From: Candidatus Cloacimonadota bacterium
GTDB lineage: Bacteria; Cloacimonadota; Cloacimonadia; JGIOTU-2
Assembly (NCBI GenBank): GCA_011043895.1
Contig: DRBZ01000099.1
Location: 1 to 58,173, forward strand
Length of the DNA stretch: 58,173 nucleotides
Reading direction: 5' to 3'
Under the pieces are notes generated by a model that had not been told where the DNA came from, searched no databases, and saw only the letters and a program-made list of their open reading frames with translations. Positions 48,257-57,796 of this stretch are shown here, piece by piece. The position numbers and the translations under genes are program-made. Position 1 is the first letter of the stretch. Every line of letters begins with the position of its first letter.

Positions 48257-49021
48257 CTAATCAAGTTTTTTATTAAGACAGAAGAAATTCTCGGCATTCT
48301 CAGTTGTCTGACGTGCAATCTCAATTGGAGTTTTCTGCTTTATTTCTGCAATTTGCTGAATGATATATTCAACATATTCTGGACGATTCCTCTTTCCCCT
48401 GTAGGGATATGGGGTTAGAAAAGGAGCATCAGTCTCAACAAAGTACTTATCATCTGGAACATCTCTAATGATCCCATAATAACTTCCTTTATCGAAGGTT
48501 ACGACTCCAGTAAAAGAGATGAACCAGCCCTGCTCTAGCACATCTTGAGCAAAAGTATAATCACCGGAAAAACAATGAAATACCACTTTCTCCGGATGAT
48601 ATTTCTTCAGAATATCAAAGGTATCCTGATGAGCATTGCGATCATGGATCACGAGCGGAAGATTTTTCTCGATACCGATTTTTATCTGCGTTTCAAAGAC
48701 TTCTTTCTGCAGCTTCTTTGAGCTAAGATTTCTGTAGTAATCAAGCCCTATCTCCCCAAGTGCTACAACTTTATCTTCTTCAAGAAAATCAAGAAGCTTT
48801 TTCTCGTCATACTTTGTTACATCATGAGGATGCCAGCCAGCAGTTGCAAAGAGATTTTTGTGGTCCCGAGCAAGCTCAATTGCCATTTTTGATGTCGGTC
48901 CATCCGTTCCTATATTGATGATGGATTTAATACCTTTTTCAAAAGCAGTTCTGATGACCTCATCGCGGTCTTTATCATAGAAATCAAATTGTAAATGTGC
49001 GTGAGTATCTATGAATTTCAT
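48257..49021 (-). CDS. tatD: TatD-family metal-dependent hydrolase
   Basis: FIDTHAHL N-terminus, GEIGLDY, VIHDRNAH and ETDAPFL. Confidence 0.9.
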   Translation of the reverse strand: MKFIDTHAHLQFDFYDKDRDEVIRTAFEKGIKSIINIGTDGPTSKMAIELARDHKNLFATAGWHPHDVTKYDEKKLLDFLEEDKVVALGEIGLDYYRNLSSKKLQKEVFETQIKIGIEKNLPLVIHDRNAHQDTFDILKKYHPEKVVFHCFSGDYTFAQDVLEQGWFISFTGVVTFDKGSYYGIIRDVPDDKYFVETDAPFLTPYPYRGKRNRPEYVEYIIQQIAEIKQKTPIEIARQTTENAENFFCLNKKLD

Positions 49022-50076
49022 TGCTTTCTATCTTTCATGATTGTATCCAGTAAAGTATTAAATTGCTTTTCTTCCTGGACTGCAACCTTAAGTTTTGCAT
49101 AATACATTGGTATCTCAAAGTAAAATTTTGATAATTTTACGAAATCCTTTTCAGTAGTGATTATGACTGCGTCCCTATGTTTATCGATTATTGGGTTAAT
49201 ATCCTTTTCAAGATCAAACTTATGATGATCAGGAAAAGTATAGTGAGTAATAATCCGAATCCCAATCCGCTCAATGCTTTTTTCAAAAGATACGGGATTG
49301 CCGATACCTGAGATCAAAATCGCTTCTTTTATCGATTCTGGAGAATGTGAGTCATTATTTTTATATGCCACCAGGGTTTCAATCTCATACTTCGTTGATA
49401 TAACAGTCTTGCTGAATTTCTGGATTTTGTATGGAATGATCTGGTTATCACTTATATCATTCAATACCAGGCAATCTGCATATTTTAGTATTCCGACTGG
49501 CTCACGTAATGTACCGGCAGGTGTGACAAATCCATTACCAAAGGGCTTTTTTGCATTCAATAATACAATATCAAAATCATGCGTTACTTTGAGGTGCTGA
49601 AATGAGTCATCAAGAATAATAACATCTGGAATTATAACTGCATCGAGATATTGAATCGCAGCTCTTCTATTTTTGCCCACAATAACTGGAATTCCAGGTA
49701 GATTTTCTGCGATAAGAAGCGGTTCATCACCTGCAAGCTGTGCATCTTTTATAATCGATTTTTCATTAGAAATGAGACGGATTTTATGCTCATATGCACC
49801 TTTGTATCCGCGATGAGAAATCGCTACTTTCATTCCCCTGCTGTGTAAAGCTTTTGCGAGAAGTATCGTAAAAGGTGTTTTTCCATTTCCGCCCATTGTA
49901 AGATTACCCACAGAGATCACATAACTTTTTGCGCGATATGAACGTAATATTCCGAGCTTCTGGAGTGATCTTCTGATGCGAAGAATGCAGGAAAAAAGAA
50001 AAGCAAAGGGCAAAAGGAAATATGAAAGTATACTTCTCTTTACCCAATGCTTTTCAACAAATCTATGAAAAGACAT
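49018..50076 (-). CDS. lpxK: Tetraacyldisaccharide 4'-kinase
   Basis: VGNLTMGGNGKTP P-loop after an N-terminal membrane anchor, then DDSFQH. Confidence 0.88.
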   Translation of the reverse strand: MSFHRFVEKHWVKRSILSYFLLPFAFLFSCILRIRRSLQKLGILRSYRAKSYVISVGNLTMGGNGKTPFTILLAKALHSRGMKVAISHRGYKGAYEHKIRLISNEKSIIKDAQLAGDEPLLIAENLPGIPVIVGKNRRAAIQYLDAVIIPDVIILDDSFQHLKVTHDFDIVLLNAKKPFGNGFVTPAGTLREPVGILKYADCLVLNDISDNQIIPYKIQKFSKTVISTKYEIETLVAYKNNDSHSPESIKEAILISGIGNPVSFEKSIERIGIRIITHYTFPDHHKFDLEKDINPIIDKHRDAVIITTEKDFVKLSKFYFEIPMYYAKLKVAVQEEKQFNTLLDTIMKDRKQ

Positions 50077-50078
50077 AA

Positions 50079-50678
50079 TTATTCAAAAGTAACTTCAGGT
50101 GTCTCTCTTTCGGCTTCGTCGATCTTGTAGAGCGGTGCCTTTTCAAAATTGAATATTCCAGCAAAGATATTATTGGGAAATATCGAAATATTCTTATTGT
50201 AGATTGTCACAACCTCATTGTATCTTCTGCGTGCTACTGCAATACGATTTTCCGTTCCGGCAAGTTCATCCTGCAAGCGGATAAAATTCTGGTTTGCTTT
50301 CAGGTCGGGATATTGTTCTACAACCACCATCAGTTTAGATAATGCTTGTGTAAGACCGGCTTGAGCTTCCTGAAACTGCTGAACCATTTCCGGGTTTAGA
50401 TTGTTTGCATCAACATTGATCGACGTTGCTTTTGCGCGCGCTTCGATCACTTCAGTAAAAGTTTGTTTTTCATGAGAAGCATATCCTTTTACTGTATTGA
50501 CAAGATTGGGAATCAGATCTGCTCTTCTCTTGTACTGATTATCAATCTCTGCCCAGCTATTTTCCACATCCAGCTTCTGCTGCACAAAGGAATTGTATTT
50601 TCCTTTGATAGTTGCATATAGGGCGATTACAAGGATGACTACAATAATAATTGCTATGATACATCCTTTATTTTTCAT
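50079..50678 (-). CDS. LemA-family protein
   Basis: N-terminal TM. WAEIDNQYKRRADLIPNLVNTVKGYASHE and RRRYNE..YN motifs. Confidence 0.88.
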   Translation of the reverse strand: MKNKGCIIAIIIVVILVIALYATIKGKYNSFVQQKLDVENSWAEIDNQYKRRADLIPNLVNTVKGYASHEKQTFTEVIEARAKATSINVDANNLNPEMVQQFQEAQAGLTQALSKLMVVVEQYPDLKANQNFIRLQDELAGTENRIAVARRRYNEVVTIYNKNISIFPNNIFAGIFNFEKAPLYKIDEAERETPEVTFE

Positions 50679-50691
50679 GTATCCTCCAGTT

Positions 50692-53600
50692 TTATTGAAT
50701 TTCTTTCATCAATTCTTCTACAGCTCTTTTGAGCTGCACATCATTATCTTCTATTTTTTCTTCAAAGGTCTGATCGAGATAGATGTCGGGTTTTGCACCG
50801 GTTCCTTCCATGTTCACTTCATCTGCTGTGTACCAACCAGTACCGGGCATTCTCATACTCGAACCATCCATGAAATACTTGTGTCCTGTGCCAATCACAG
50901 ATCCGCTGGTTGGCATACCAATCACTTTACCCAGCTTGAAATGCTGGTAGATATTCGGGAATATCTCAGCATCTGAAAAAGAGTTCTGATTGATTAGTAG
51001 AATGGTAGGTTTCGTCCATGTATCTCCGGGAAAAGGAACTTTTTTCACATTGAAGATCCTGTTCGTGGTAAATGCATAGGGTTCTTTTGTAAGAAGTTCG
51101 ATCAACCAATCGTGTATCCAGCCACCGGGATTGTTACGCACATCTATTATCAAAGCTTCTTTTTGCCAGTTATTGGCAAACACATCCTGAACAAAATCCT
51201 CATAAGGACTCCAGCCCATACTTCTTATATGTGCATAGCCAAATCTTCCATCAGACAGTTCATCAACCATTTCTCTACGGGAGGAAACCCAGTCATCATA
51301 CCACATGCTATAGTGCTGCCACCAGGAAAGCCCTTTGATCTCTACTGTTGCAATACTATCAGCTGTCTGTATTTCTAACCGTATTTTCTCCCCTTCTTTA
51401 TTAAAAAATAATGGATTGATCGGAGTTGTACTCTCTATTTCTTCTCCATCTACCGAGAGGAGCACATCGCCGGGTTTGATCTCGTGAGGTTTGTTCAGTT
51501 TCGATTTTCGGAAAATCTGTTTGAATTTAATCCCCTTTTTTGGTATATCAGAATAATCGAGTGTAAATCCACCATACGCTTTCTGGAAGCTTCGCTGGTA
51601 ATTATCTTGACGAGCATAAAAACCTGTATGAGATGCATTCACCTCGCCCATCATCTCGGAATAGATATAATCCATAACTTCCGGAGTATAGGCATATTCC
51701 ATATAGGGTGAGTATTTTTTGTAGGACTTTTCCCAATTAATATCATGCATGTTCGGGTCATAAAAGCCAATCTGAAATGCCCTCCACGCCTGTTCAAAAA
51801 TTGTCTTATTGAGTTCCGACTTATTGTAGGTGTAGCAAAATTCATTCTCCAGAGTCTCTGTGGAACCACTTTTTGTGATTTTTTTCATAGAATTTGATAC
51901 CACGCAATAAAAACAATCATTTTCTTCATTATACACCATATAGCGAGGGCGCTCATAGAAGCTGGTGATCTCCTGGTCATCTTTGCCTTCATAGTCAACC
52001 TTGCGAAGAGTGTATGTGTCATCTTCAGAAAGGTTCACATAATATAAAGTGCTGTCTTCATCAGTACCGACGATGTAGTTATAAGTCTTGTGTGTAGCGA
52101 TCACTTTAACTCTTTTTCTGATATCCTCAAGATCAATGGAGATGGTAATATCTTTCTTATCTTTCTCTTCCCCATCTTCCTCCTCATCATTGTTATCTTC
52201 CTTCTCCTTTTTATCCTTATCTTCTTCTTTTTTTTCTTCATCTTCCGGATTCAGGATAGGTTCCCAATAATCTGTGTAATCCCAGAAATCCTCTTTTGCA
52301 TGAAGGTCCATCCTACATATATCCTCATCTCTATTAAAAAAGATATACGATCCATGTTTTCCCCAGAGTGGAGAATGCATATTCCCATGATAGGGATAGA
52401 GGACAGTTCTTTCCTTCGTCTCAAAATTGTAGAGATACAAAATCTCATCCCACGTGCCGGGAGTAAGTTCAAAATAGAGCGCATATTGCTGATCAGGGCT
52501 CACTACAAAGGATGAACCAACTACCTGGTCATTAATAAGAACTTCGACTTTATCATTCTCAGGATCAAGGAGCGCTATGTTGTTCTTCTCCTTCTCTCCA
52601 GAATACTCTACGATCAAACCAACTTCATCAGCATAATAGATCTCATTCACGTATGCATCTTTGAACCAAGATATGTATTCTAAGTTCTCCGGTTCGGATA
52701 TATTTATTTTATAAAGCTGTTTGTTACCTTTATCATAAGTAGTGAAATATATGGACTGATTATCGTTTGTTACTGCGATATCTCCTATACCTTTCTGTGA
52801 AAAAGTAAGCTGTTTTACCTCTCCCCCTTTTTCGGGCATTGCAAAAAGATCATATTTATAGGTGAACGCTACCATTTTCCCATTTGGTGAAATCGAGAAG
52901 TTTGAAACCATGTTTACATACTCCTCTGTCACCTCCATATTTTCCAGGAAATCCTGCTTTATTTCAATAGGCACTTTTTTAATTTTCCCTTTATCACCTT
53001 CGTAAGACCAAAGTTCATCAAACAAGGTAAATACAATGTTATCATTCTCTCGAGCAATGCTAAGCTGACGGGCTGACCAGTAATTAAAATCGGAAAGCTG
53101 TTGCGCATCATCGAAATTATAATTCTCTACGAAATAAAGCTGCAGCACTGCAAGGTTATCTTTAATAAAATCAGCACTGGAAAAATAGATACGATCATTT
53201 ACATAGGAATAAACCGGATATCGTTCTGTATACTCAGTATGGGTAAGCTGCGTGTAGGATTTTTCTTTTATGTTGTATTCCCAGAGTTGCCCATTATGAC
53301 TTCCAGTATATCTTTCTCTTGTAGGATCACCTCTATAGCTAAAAATTATCTTTTTGTTATCAGGAGAAAGCTGTGCAAGTGAACTTCCAATCTCAGTTAT
53401 AAGTGCTGGGTGGGTTCCATCCAGTGGTACTTCCATGAAATTTGTTCTGTTGGGTAATTGATAACCACATCCCAGAAGCTTCTTCCCGTTTTTAAACCAG
53501 TCTACAACCGTGATGCCCTCTTTGGAAATACATTCGGCTTTTCCACCTTCCGAGGGAATTATATATATGCCGGTGAAACCGTCCCGGTTGGAATTAAAAG

Positions 53601-53832
53601 CGATTGTTTTTCCATCTGGTGAGAAAACTGGATTAGAGTCCGTACCTTTTGATACGGTTAGTCGTTTTGCTTCTCCCCCATGAAAGGGCACAAGCCATAG
53701 ATCGGACATATAAGCAAAACAGATGGTGTTTCCGTCTGGTGAGATTGCAGGATCCTGCATAAAGTGTGGTTCGATTGCAAGAAGTGAATCAGTTAAAAGA
53801 AGAATTACAAATGTGAAAATGATTTTTTTCAT
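50692..53832 (-). CDS. Tricorn-like protease: TolB/WD40-type beta-propellers, PDZ and S41 peptidase domain
   Basis: Signal peptide. Repeated P.FSPDGK propeller blades, a PDZ-like GDVLLSVDGEEI, and a C-terminal S41 region (IIDVRNNPGGW...SFSDAEIF). A D/E/K insertion of about 33 aa lies in the middle. Confidence 0.8.
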   Translation of the reverse strand: MKKIIFTFVILLLTDSLLAIEPHFMQDPAISPDGNTICFAYMSDLWLVPFHGGEAKRLTVSKGTDSNPVFSPDGKTIAFNSNRDGFTGIYIIPSEGGKAECISKEGITVVDWFKNGKKLLGCGYQLPNRTNFMEVPLDGTHPALITEIGSSLAQLSPDNKKIIFSYRGDPTRERYTGSHNGQLWEYNIKEKSYTQLTHTEYTERYPVYSYVNDRIYFSSADFIKDNLAVLQLYFVENYNFDDAQQLSDFNYWSARQLSIARENDNIVFTLFDELWSYEGDKGKIKKVPIEIKQDFLENMEVTEEYVNMVSNFSISPNGKMVAFTYKYDLFAMPEKGGEVKQLTFSQKGIGDIAVTNDNQSIYFTTYDKGNKQLYKINISEPENLEYISWFKDAYVNEIYYADEVGLIVEYSGEKEKNNIALLDPENDKVEVLINDQVVGSSFVVSPDQQYALYFELTPGTWDEILYLYNFETKERTVLYPYHGNMHSPLWGKHGSYIFFNRDEDICRMDLHAKEDFWDYTDYWEPILNPEDEEKKEEDKDKKEKEDNNDEEEDGEEKDKKDITISIDLEDIRKRVKVIATHKTYNYIVGTDEDSTLYYVNLSEDDTYTLRKVDYEGKDDQEITSFYERPRYMVYNEENDCFYCVVSNSMKKITKSGSTETLENEFCYTYNKSELNKTIFEQAWRAFQIGFYDPNMHDINWEKSYKKYSPYMEYAYTPEVMDYIYSEMMGEVNASHTGFYARQDNYQRSFQKAYGGFTLDYSDIPKKGIKFKQIFRKSKLNKPHEIKPGDVLLSVDGEEIESTTPINPLFFNKEGEKIRLEIQTADSIATVEIKGLSWWQHYSMWYDDWVSSRREMVDELSDGRFGYAHIRSMGWSPYEDFVQDVFANNWQKEALIIDVRNNPGGWIHDWLIELLTKEPYAFTTNRIFNVKKVPFPGDTWTKPTILLINQNSFSDAEIFPNIYQHFKLGKVIGMPTSGSVIGTGHKYFMDGSSMRMPGTGWYTADEVNMEGTGAKPDIYLDQTFEEKIEDNDVQLKRAVEELMKEIQ

Positions 53833-53850
53833 GTGTCTCCCCTTTTTATT

Positions 53851-56118
53851 TTAACTGCATTTTGACCATCCGCAGATGGGACAGGTTTTACATCCCTCTT
53901 TAAATTCAAGTGTGGCACCACATTCAGGGCACATTGAGCCAACCGGTCTTGTTTCATCCAGAGATGGACTATCTGGGATAACTTTCAATTGATCTCTTTC
54001 ACCTTCATCATTCTGATGCTTAATGCCATTTCCATCCTGCTCAATAAATTCAATAAGCGCATTGGCAATGCCATCGGCACAGGAGTGGATCTTCTTACCC
54101 TTTGACCACATTGGTGAAGGGCAACGGATCAACCGAAGCTGTTTGACAATAGATTCGACCTTTACATTCGAGCGCAGAGCTAACGATATAAGCCGGGCAA
54201 TGGCTTCGAGCTGGGCAGAGGCACAACCACCAACCTTACCCATCTGGGTGAAAATCTCGCATATACCTGTATGATCGACATTTATTGTAACGTAGAGATG
54301 ACCACACCCGGTATTAATTTTCTTAGTTACACCATACGTTGTCTCGGGACGGTTACGGGGTTCGATGCGAGTTCTATCCTGCTCTCGCATTTTTTTGCCC
54401 ACATTCAGCACTTGCTCATCCCTGCTGCCATCGCGATATACCGTTACTCCCTTACATCCCAACTCATAGGCAAGCATATAAGACATGTAGATATCTTGTT
54501 TTGTTGCACTGTTCGAGAAATTGATGGTTTTTGAGACGGCATTATCGACATATTCCTGGAACGCTGCCTGCATACGAATATGCCACTCAGGAGTAATATC
54601 GTGAGCGGTAACGAATACCTCCTGTACGTCTTCAGGAATTTCCTGAATCTCATGGAGTGATCCCTTTTCAGAAATCTCTTCCATCAACTCTTTGGAATAA
54701 AATTTTCTTTTCTTTGCAACTTCATTAAAATATTTATTTATATATAGAAGCTTATCCCCATCCATGACATTTTTGATATATACAAGTGAAAAGATTGGCT
54801 CAATACCACTGGAAGTGTCTGCTATCATGCTGATAGTTCCGGTGGGTGCAATTGTCGTGGTTGTTGCATTGCGAATGCCCTTTTCCTTCATGTCTCTGAT
54901 CAAACCAGTCCAGTCGAGTTTATACCCTTGACGTTTAAATTGTCCCGTCTTGTAGATACTTTCATCAAAATTAGGAAATGGTTCCTTTTTCTCGGCAAGT
55001 TGCACAGATCGTTCCTTTGAATGATAATCAATAAACTCCATTACTTCACGCCCTGTAGCAGTTGCTTCTTGGGAATTATATGGAATATTCAGCTGAAGCA
55101 GCATGTCCGCCCAACCCATTATTCCCAATCCTATCTTGCGATTCTGTTTCACCTTCTTCTCTATTTCTGGAAGTGGGAAGGCAGAGCGATCTATCACGTC
55201 ATCGAGAAAATCCACTGCATCATAAACAACTCTTTTCAAGAGCTCCCAGTCTATTTTCCCATCCTTGATCATGAGAGAAAGATTGATTGAACCAAGATTA
55301 CATGCTTCATTAGGTAGAAGCGGCTGTTCTCCACATGGATTTGTTGCATTGATCTGACCAGCTTTTGGTGTTGGGTTATATCTATCCAGCCGATCCACGA
55401 ACACGATGCCTGGTTCCCCATTCTTATGTGCCATTTCCACAATGAGTTCAAACACATCACGTGCTTTGAGTTTTTTATGGGATTTGCCTGAGTGAGGTGA
55501 GATCAATCTGTATTCTTCATCATTCTTTACTGCATCCATAAACGTCTCGGTTAATCCGACGCTGATATTAAAATTATTCAACTCATCATTTTTTTCTTTT
55601 GCTTTGATAAATTCGATTATATCTGGATGATCAACATTGAGGATCGCCATGTTTGCCCCACGCCGGGTTCCCCCCTGTTTGACAGCATCAGTTGCAGAAT
55701 TGAACACTTTCATGAAGGTAATAGGACCGCTGGAAACACCGCTTGTGCTTCTTACACGGGCATTCTGTTCACGGAGTTTTGAGAATGAGAAACCGGTTCC
55801 CCCACCACTCTTATGGATAAGTGCTGCGTTCTTAACTGTTTCAAAAATACTGTGCATGCTGTCTTCCACAGGAAGCACAAAACAGGCAGAAAGTTGCTGA
55901 AGATCATTTCCTGCATTCATCAGTGTAGGTGAATTAGGTAAAAAGAAGCGTTCATCCATAAGTTTATAATAACGCTTTGCTTTTGTCTTGTTACCACCTG
56001 CGATATTTTCACTCACACGCGTGAGCATTGCTTTTTCGTCCTCAATTATCTTTCCGTTCTCATCCTTTTTGAAATACCTTTTTCTGAGTACTGCACGAGC
56101 ATTTTCAGAAAGCTTCAT
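53851..56118 (-). CDS. nrdJ: Adenosylcobalamin-dependent (class II) ribonucleotide reductase
   Basis: LPNSPTLMNAG, ACFVL, NPCGEQPLLPNEACNLGSINL and TIAPTGTIS. A C-terminal Zn-ribbon CPECG...CPICG is present. The length is 755 aa. Confidence 0.9.
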   Translation of the reverse strand: MKLSENARAVLRKRYFKKDENGKIIEDEKAMLTRVSENIAGGNKTKAKRYYKLMDERFFLPNSPTLMNAGNDLQQLSACFVLPVEDSMHSIFETVKNAALIHKSGGGTGFSFSKLREQNARVRSTSGVSSGPITFMKVFNSATDAVKQGGTRRGANMAILNVDHPDIIEFIKAKEKNDELNNFNISVGLTETFMDAVKNDEEYRLISPHSGKSHKKLKARDVFELIVEMAHKNGEPGIVFVDRLDRYNPTPKAGQINATNPCGEQPLLPNEACNLGSINLSLMIKDGKIDWELLKRVVYDAVDFLDDVIDRSAFPLPEIEKKVKQNRKIGLGIMGWADMLLQLNIPYNSQEATATGREVMEFIDYHSKERSVQLAEKKEPFPNFDESIYKTGQFKRQGYKLDWTGLIRDMKEKGIRNATTTTIAPTGTISMIADTSSGIEPIFSLVYIKNVMDGDKLLYINKYFNEVAKKRKFYSKELMEEISEKGSLHEIQEIPEDVQEVFVTAHDITPEWHIRMQAAFQEYVDNAVSKTINFSNSATKQDIYMSYMLAYELGCKGVTVYRDGSRDEQVLNVGKKMREQDRTRIEPRNRPETTYGVTKKINTGCGHLYVTINVDHTGICEIFTQMGKVGGCASAQLEAIARLISLALRSNVKVESIVKQLRLIRCPSPMWSKGKKIHSCADGIANALIEFIEQDGNGIKHQNDEGERDQLKVIPDSPSLDETRPVGSMCPECGATLEFKEGCKTCPICGWSKCS

Positions 56119-56221
56119 ACGAATCCTCCGAGGATTTTTTCAATGTGCTTCTACCACTTCATTTGTGTGGTGGTATAATTGGAAGAGTGAATTTTTTTAC
56201 GTCAATTGCTTTATGAATTTT

Positions 56222-56731
56222 TTAAAATTCCACTCCTTCTCGGGCTGAAATTCCTTGCGAAAAATAGTGTTTTATTTCTTTCATCTCAGTTATGAGGTCA
56301 GCAATCTCAAGAAATTCTTCTGGTGCATATCGACCAGTAATAACAATCTCAAGGTCATCTTTATATTCTTTGATAACAGGTACCACTTCCTCAATAGGAA
56401 TTAATTCGAAATCCAGCGCAACATTCAGCTCATCAAGGATGAGTAAGTTATAGTTGTGACGGTTTAAGACATCCTTTACTTTATCAAACGCATTTTCAGC
56501 TTCCGAGAAATCGATCTGTTTTGGGCGTTTCTTATCCACGAAATCAGGTGTACCGAACTGGAAGATATCTATTCCTTTTATTTTCTTAAAAAAGGTGATC
56601 TCGCCATACTCGATATTTTTCTTCATGAATTGAATTATGCAGACATGCTTTTTATGACCGAGAAAGCGGGTGGCAAGCCCGAGGGCTGCTGTTGTCTTGC
56701 CCTTACCATTGCCTGTGTATATATGTAGCAT
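56222..56731 (-). CDS. cobO: Cob(I)yrinic acid a,c-diamide / cob(I)alamin adenosyltransferase (CobA/CobO/BtuR type)
   Basis: YTGNGKGKTTAALG P-loop, LDEL and TGR motifs. The length is 169 aa. Confidence 0.85.
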   Translation of the reverse strand: MLHIYTGNGKGKTTAALGLATRFLGHKKHVCIIQFMKKNIEYGEITFFKKIKGIDIFQFGTPDFVDKKRPKQIDFSEAENAFDKVKDVLNRHNYNLLILDELNVALDFELIPIEEVVPVIKEYKDDLEIVITGRYAPEEFLEIADLITEMKEIKHYFSQGISAREGVEF

Positions 56732-56752
56732 AGTATCCCCTATTAATAAAAA

Positions 56753-56829
<77 letters not shown>

Positions 56830-56861
56830 ACGAGAGTGAAAGATTTCTTAAGTCATATTTC

Positions 56862-56898
56862 TTTGTCAAAAAATTTGTTTCAAATTTTATTTGACAAA
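56862..56898. promoter_or_regulatory. 37-bp near-perfect palindrome carrying back-to-back TTGACA hexamers (candidate operator/divergent promoters)
   Basis: tttgtcaaa (56862-70) and tttgacaaa (56890-98) are perfect 9-bp arms. The inner aaatttg (56871-77) and caaattt (56881-87) are also complementary. TTGACA reads outward on both strands. Confidence 0.5.
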
Positions 56899-56940
56899 TA
56901 TATTTGCATTATTAATTCTATGCGCAAAGGATTTTGCAAT

Positions 56941-57786
56941 ATGAAAACTACATTAACTGAGAAACTAAAGGATATACCTCTTTCCAGACAAGAAAGAGTA
57001 ATCGCAGACACGATCACAAAAAATCTTCAGAGGAATGCCTTTCTCAATGGTCCTCAAATTGCTGCACTTTGTGATGTTGCTCCATCAACCATCACACGTT
57101 TCGCACAGAAACTCGGCTATTCAGGATTCCCTGAATTAAAGAAAGAACTTGAAATAATCTACAGAAAAACAACAACTCCACATGAAGTTTTCCGAGAATT
57201 TCTGAATGGTAATGACGAAAAGGACGTAGTTGATACAACGATCGAGCAGGATATTCAAAATATCATGAACCTGCGCACTCAGTTAGACAGAAAAACGCTT
57301 GAAAAAGTTGTTGAGGCCATCGATAATGCAAAGAAGATCTTAATCGCATCTATCGGTGCAAGTGAAACCTGTGTTGATATTTTCTATTATTATCTGGATG
57401 CTTTGGGAAAAGAGTATATAAAGCTAAAGGGATTCGGAATATCCAAACAAATCGAGATCATGGAAATCGAACCGAATGATGTAGTCATCGCAATAAGTTT
57501 CCAGAGAATTCTGCTCGAGGTCAGAGATGTTGCACAATTTGCAAAGAATCGGGGAGCAACCACTATAGCGATAACCGACAGCGAATTTAATGCCCTTGCC
57601 CGAGTATGTAATCACATTCTCATAGCTCCCGTAACCGCAACTGTATATAGTCTTTCTCAGGCAGCACCAGTGGTCATGGTAAATCTGATCGTGAATAGTC
57701 TGGCTGCATTGAATAAAGATAAAAGTTTAAAGATGTTAGAAAAAACAAAAAAGGAATGGGAAGAATTTCCCATTTTCTGTGAATAA
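56941..57786 (+). CDS. MurR/RpiR-family transcriptional regulator (HTH plus SIS domain)
   Basis: The N-terminal HTH ...IAALCDVAPSTITRFAQKLGYSGF is followed by a SIS domain (ILIASIGASE...VVIAISF...TIAITDS). I prefer ATG 56941 to the track start 56836. Confidence 0.82.
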   Translation: MKTTLTEKLKDIPLSRQERVIADTITKNLQRNAFLNGPQIAALCDVAPSTITRFAQKLGYSGFPELKKELEIIYRKTTTPHEVFREFLNGNDEKDVVDTTIEQDIQNIMNLRTQLDRKTLEKVVEAIDNAKKILIASIGASETCVDIFYYYLDALGKEYIKLKGFGISKQIEIMEIEPNDVVIAISFQRILLEVRDVAQFAKNRGATTIAITDSEFNALARVCNHILIAPVTATVYSLSQAAPVVMVNLIVNSLAALNKDKSLKMLEKTKKEWEEFPIFCE

Positions 57787-57796
57787 AGGAGCATTA

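Noticed and set aside
52088-52515. Plus-strand ORFs of 60 and 141 aa (S/F/L-rich).
   Set aside because: They are antisense translations of the D/E/K low-complexity tract of the tricorn-like protease.
56119-56221. Cobalamin riboswitch or NrdR boxes upstream of nrdJ.
   Set aside because: Only about 100 nt are available and there is no B12-box-like sequence. The accac...gtggt palindrome matches the NrdR box consensus poorly, and there is no second tandem box.
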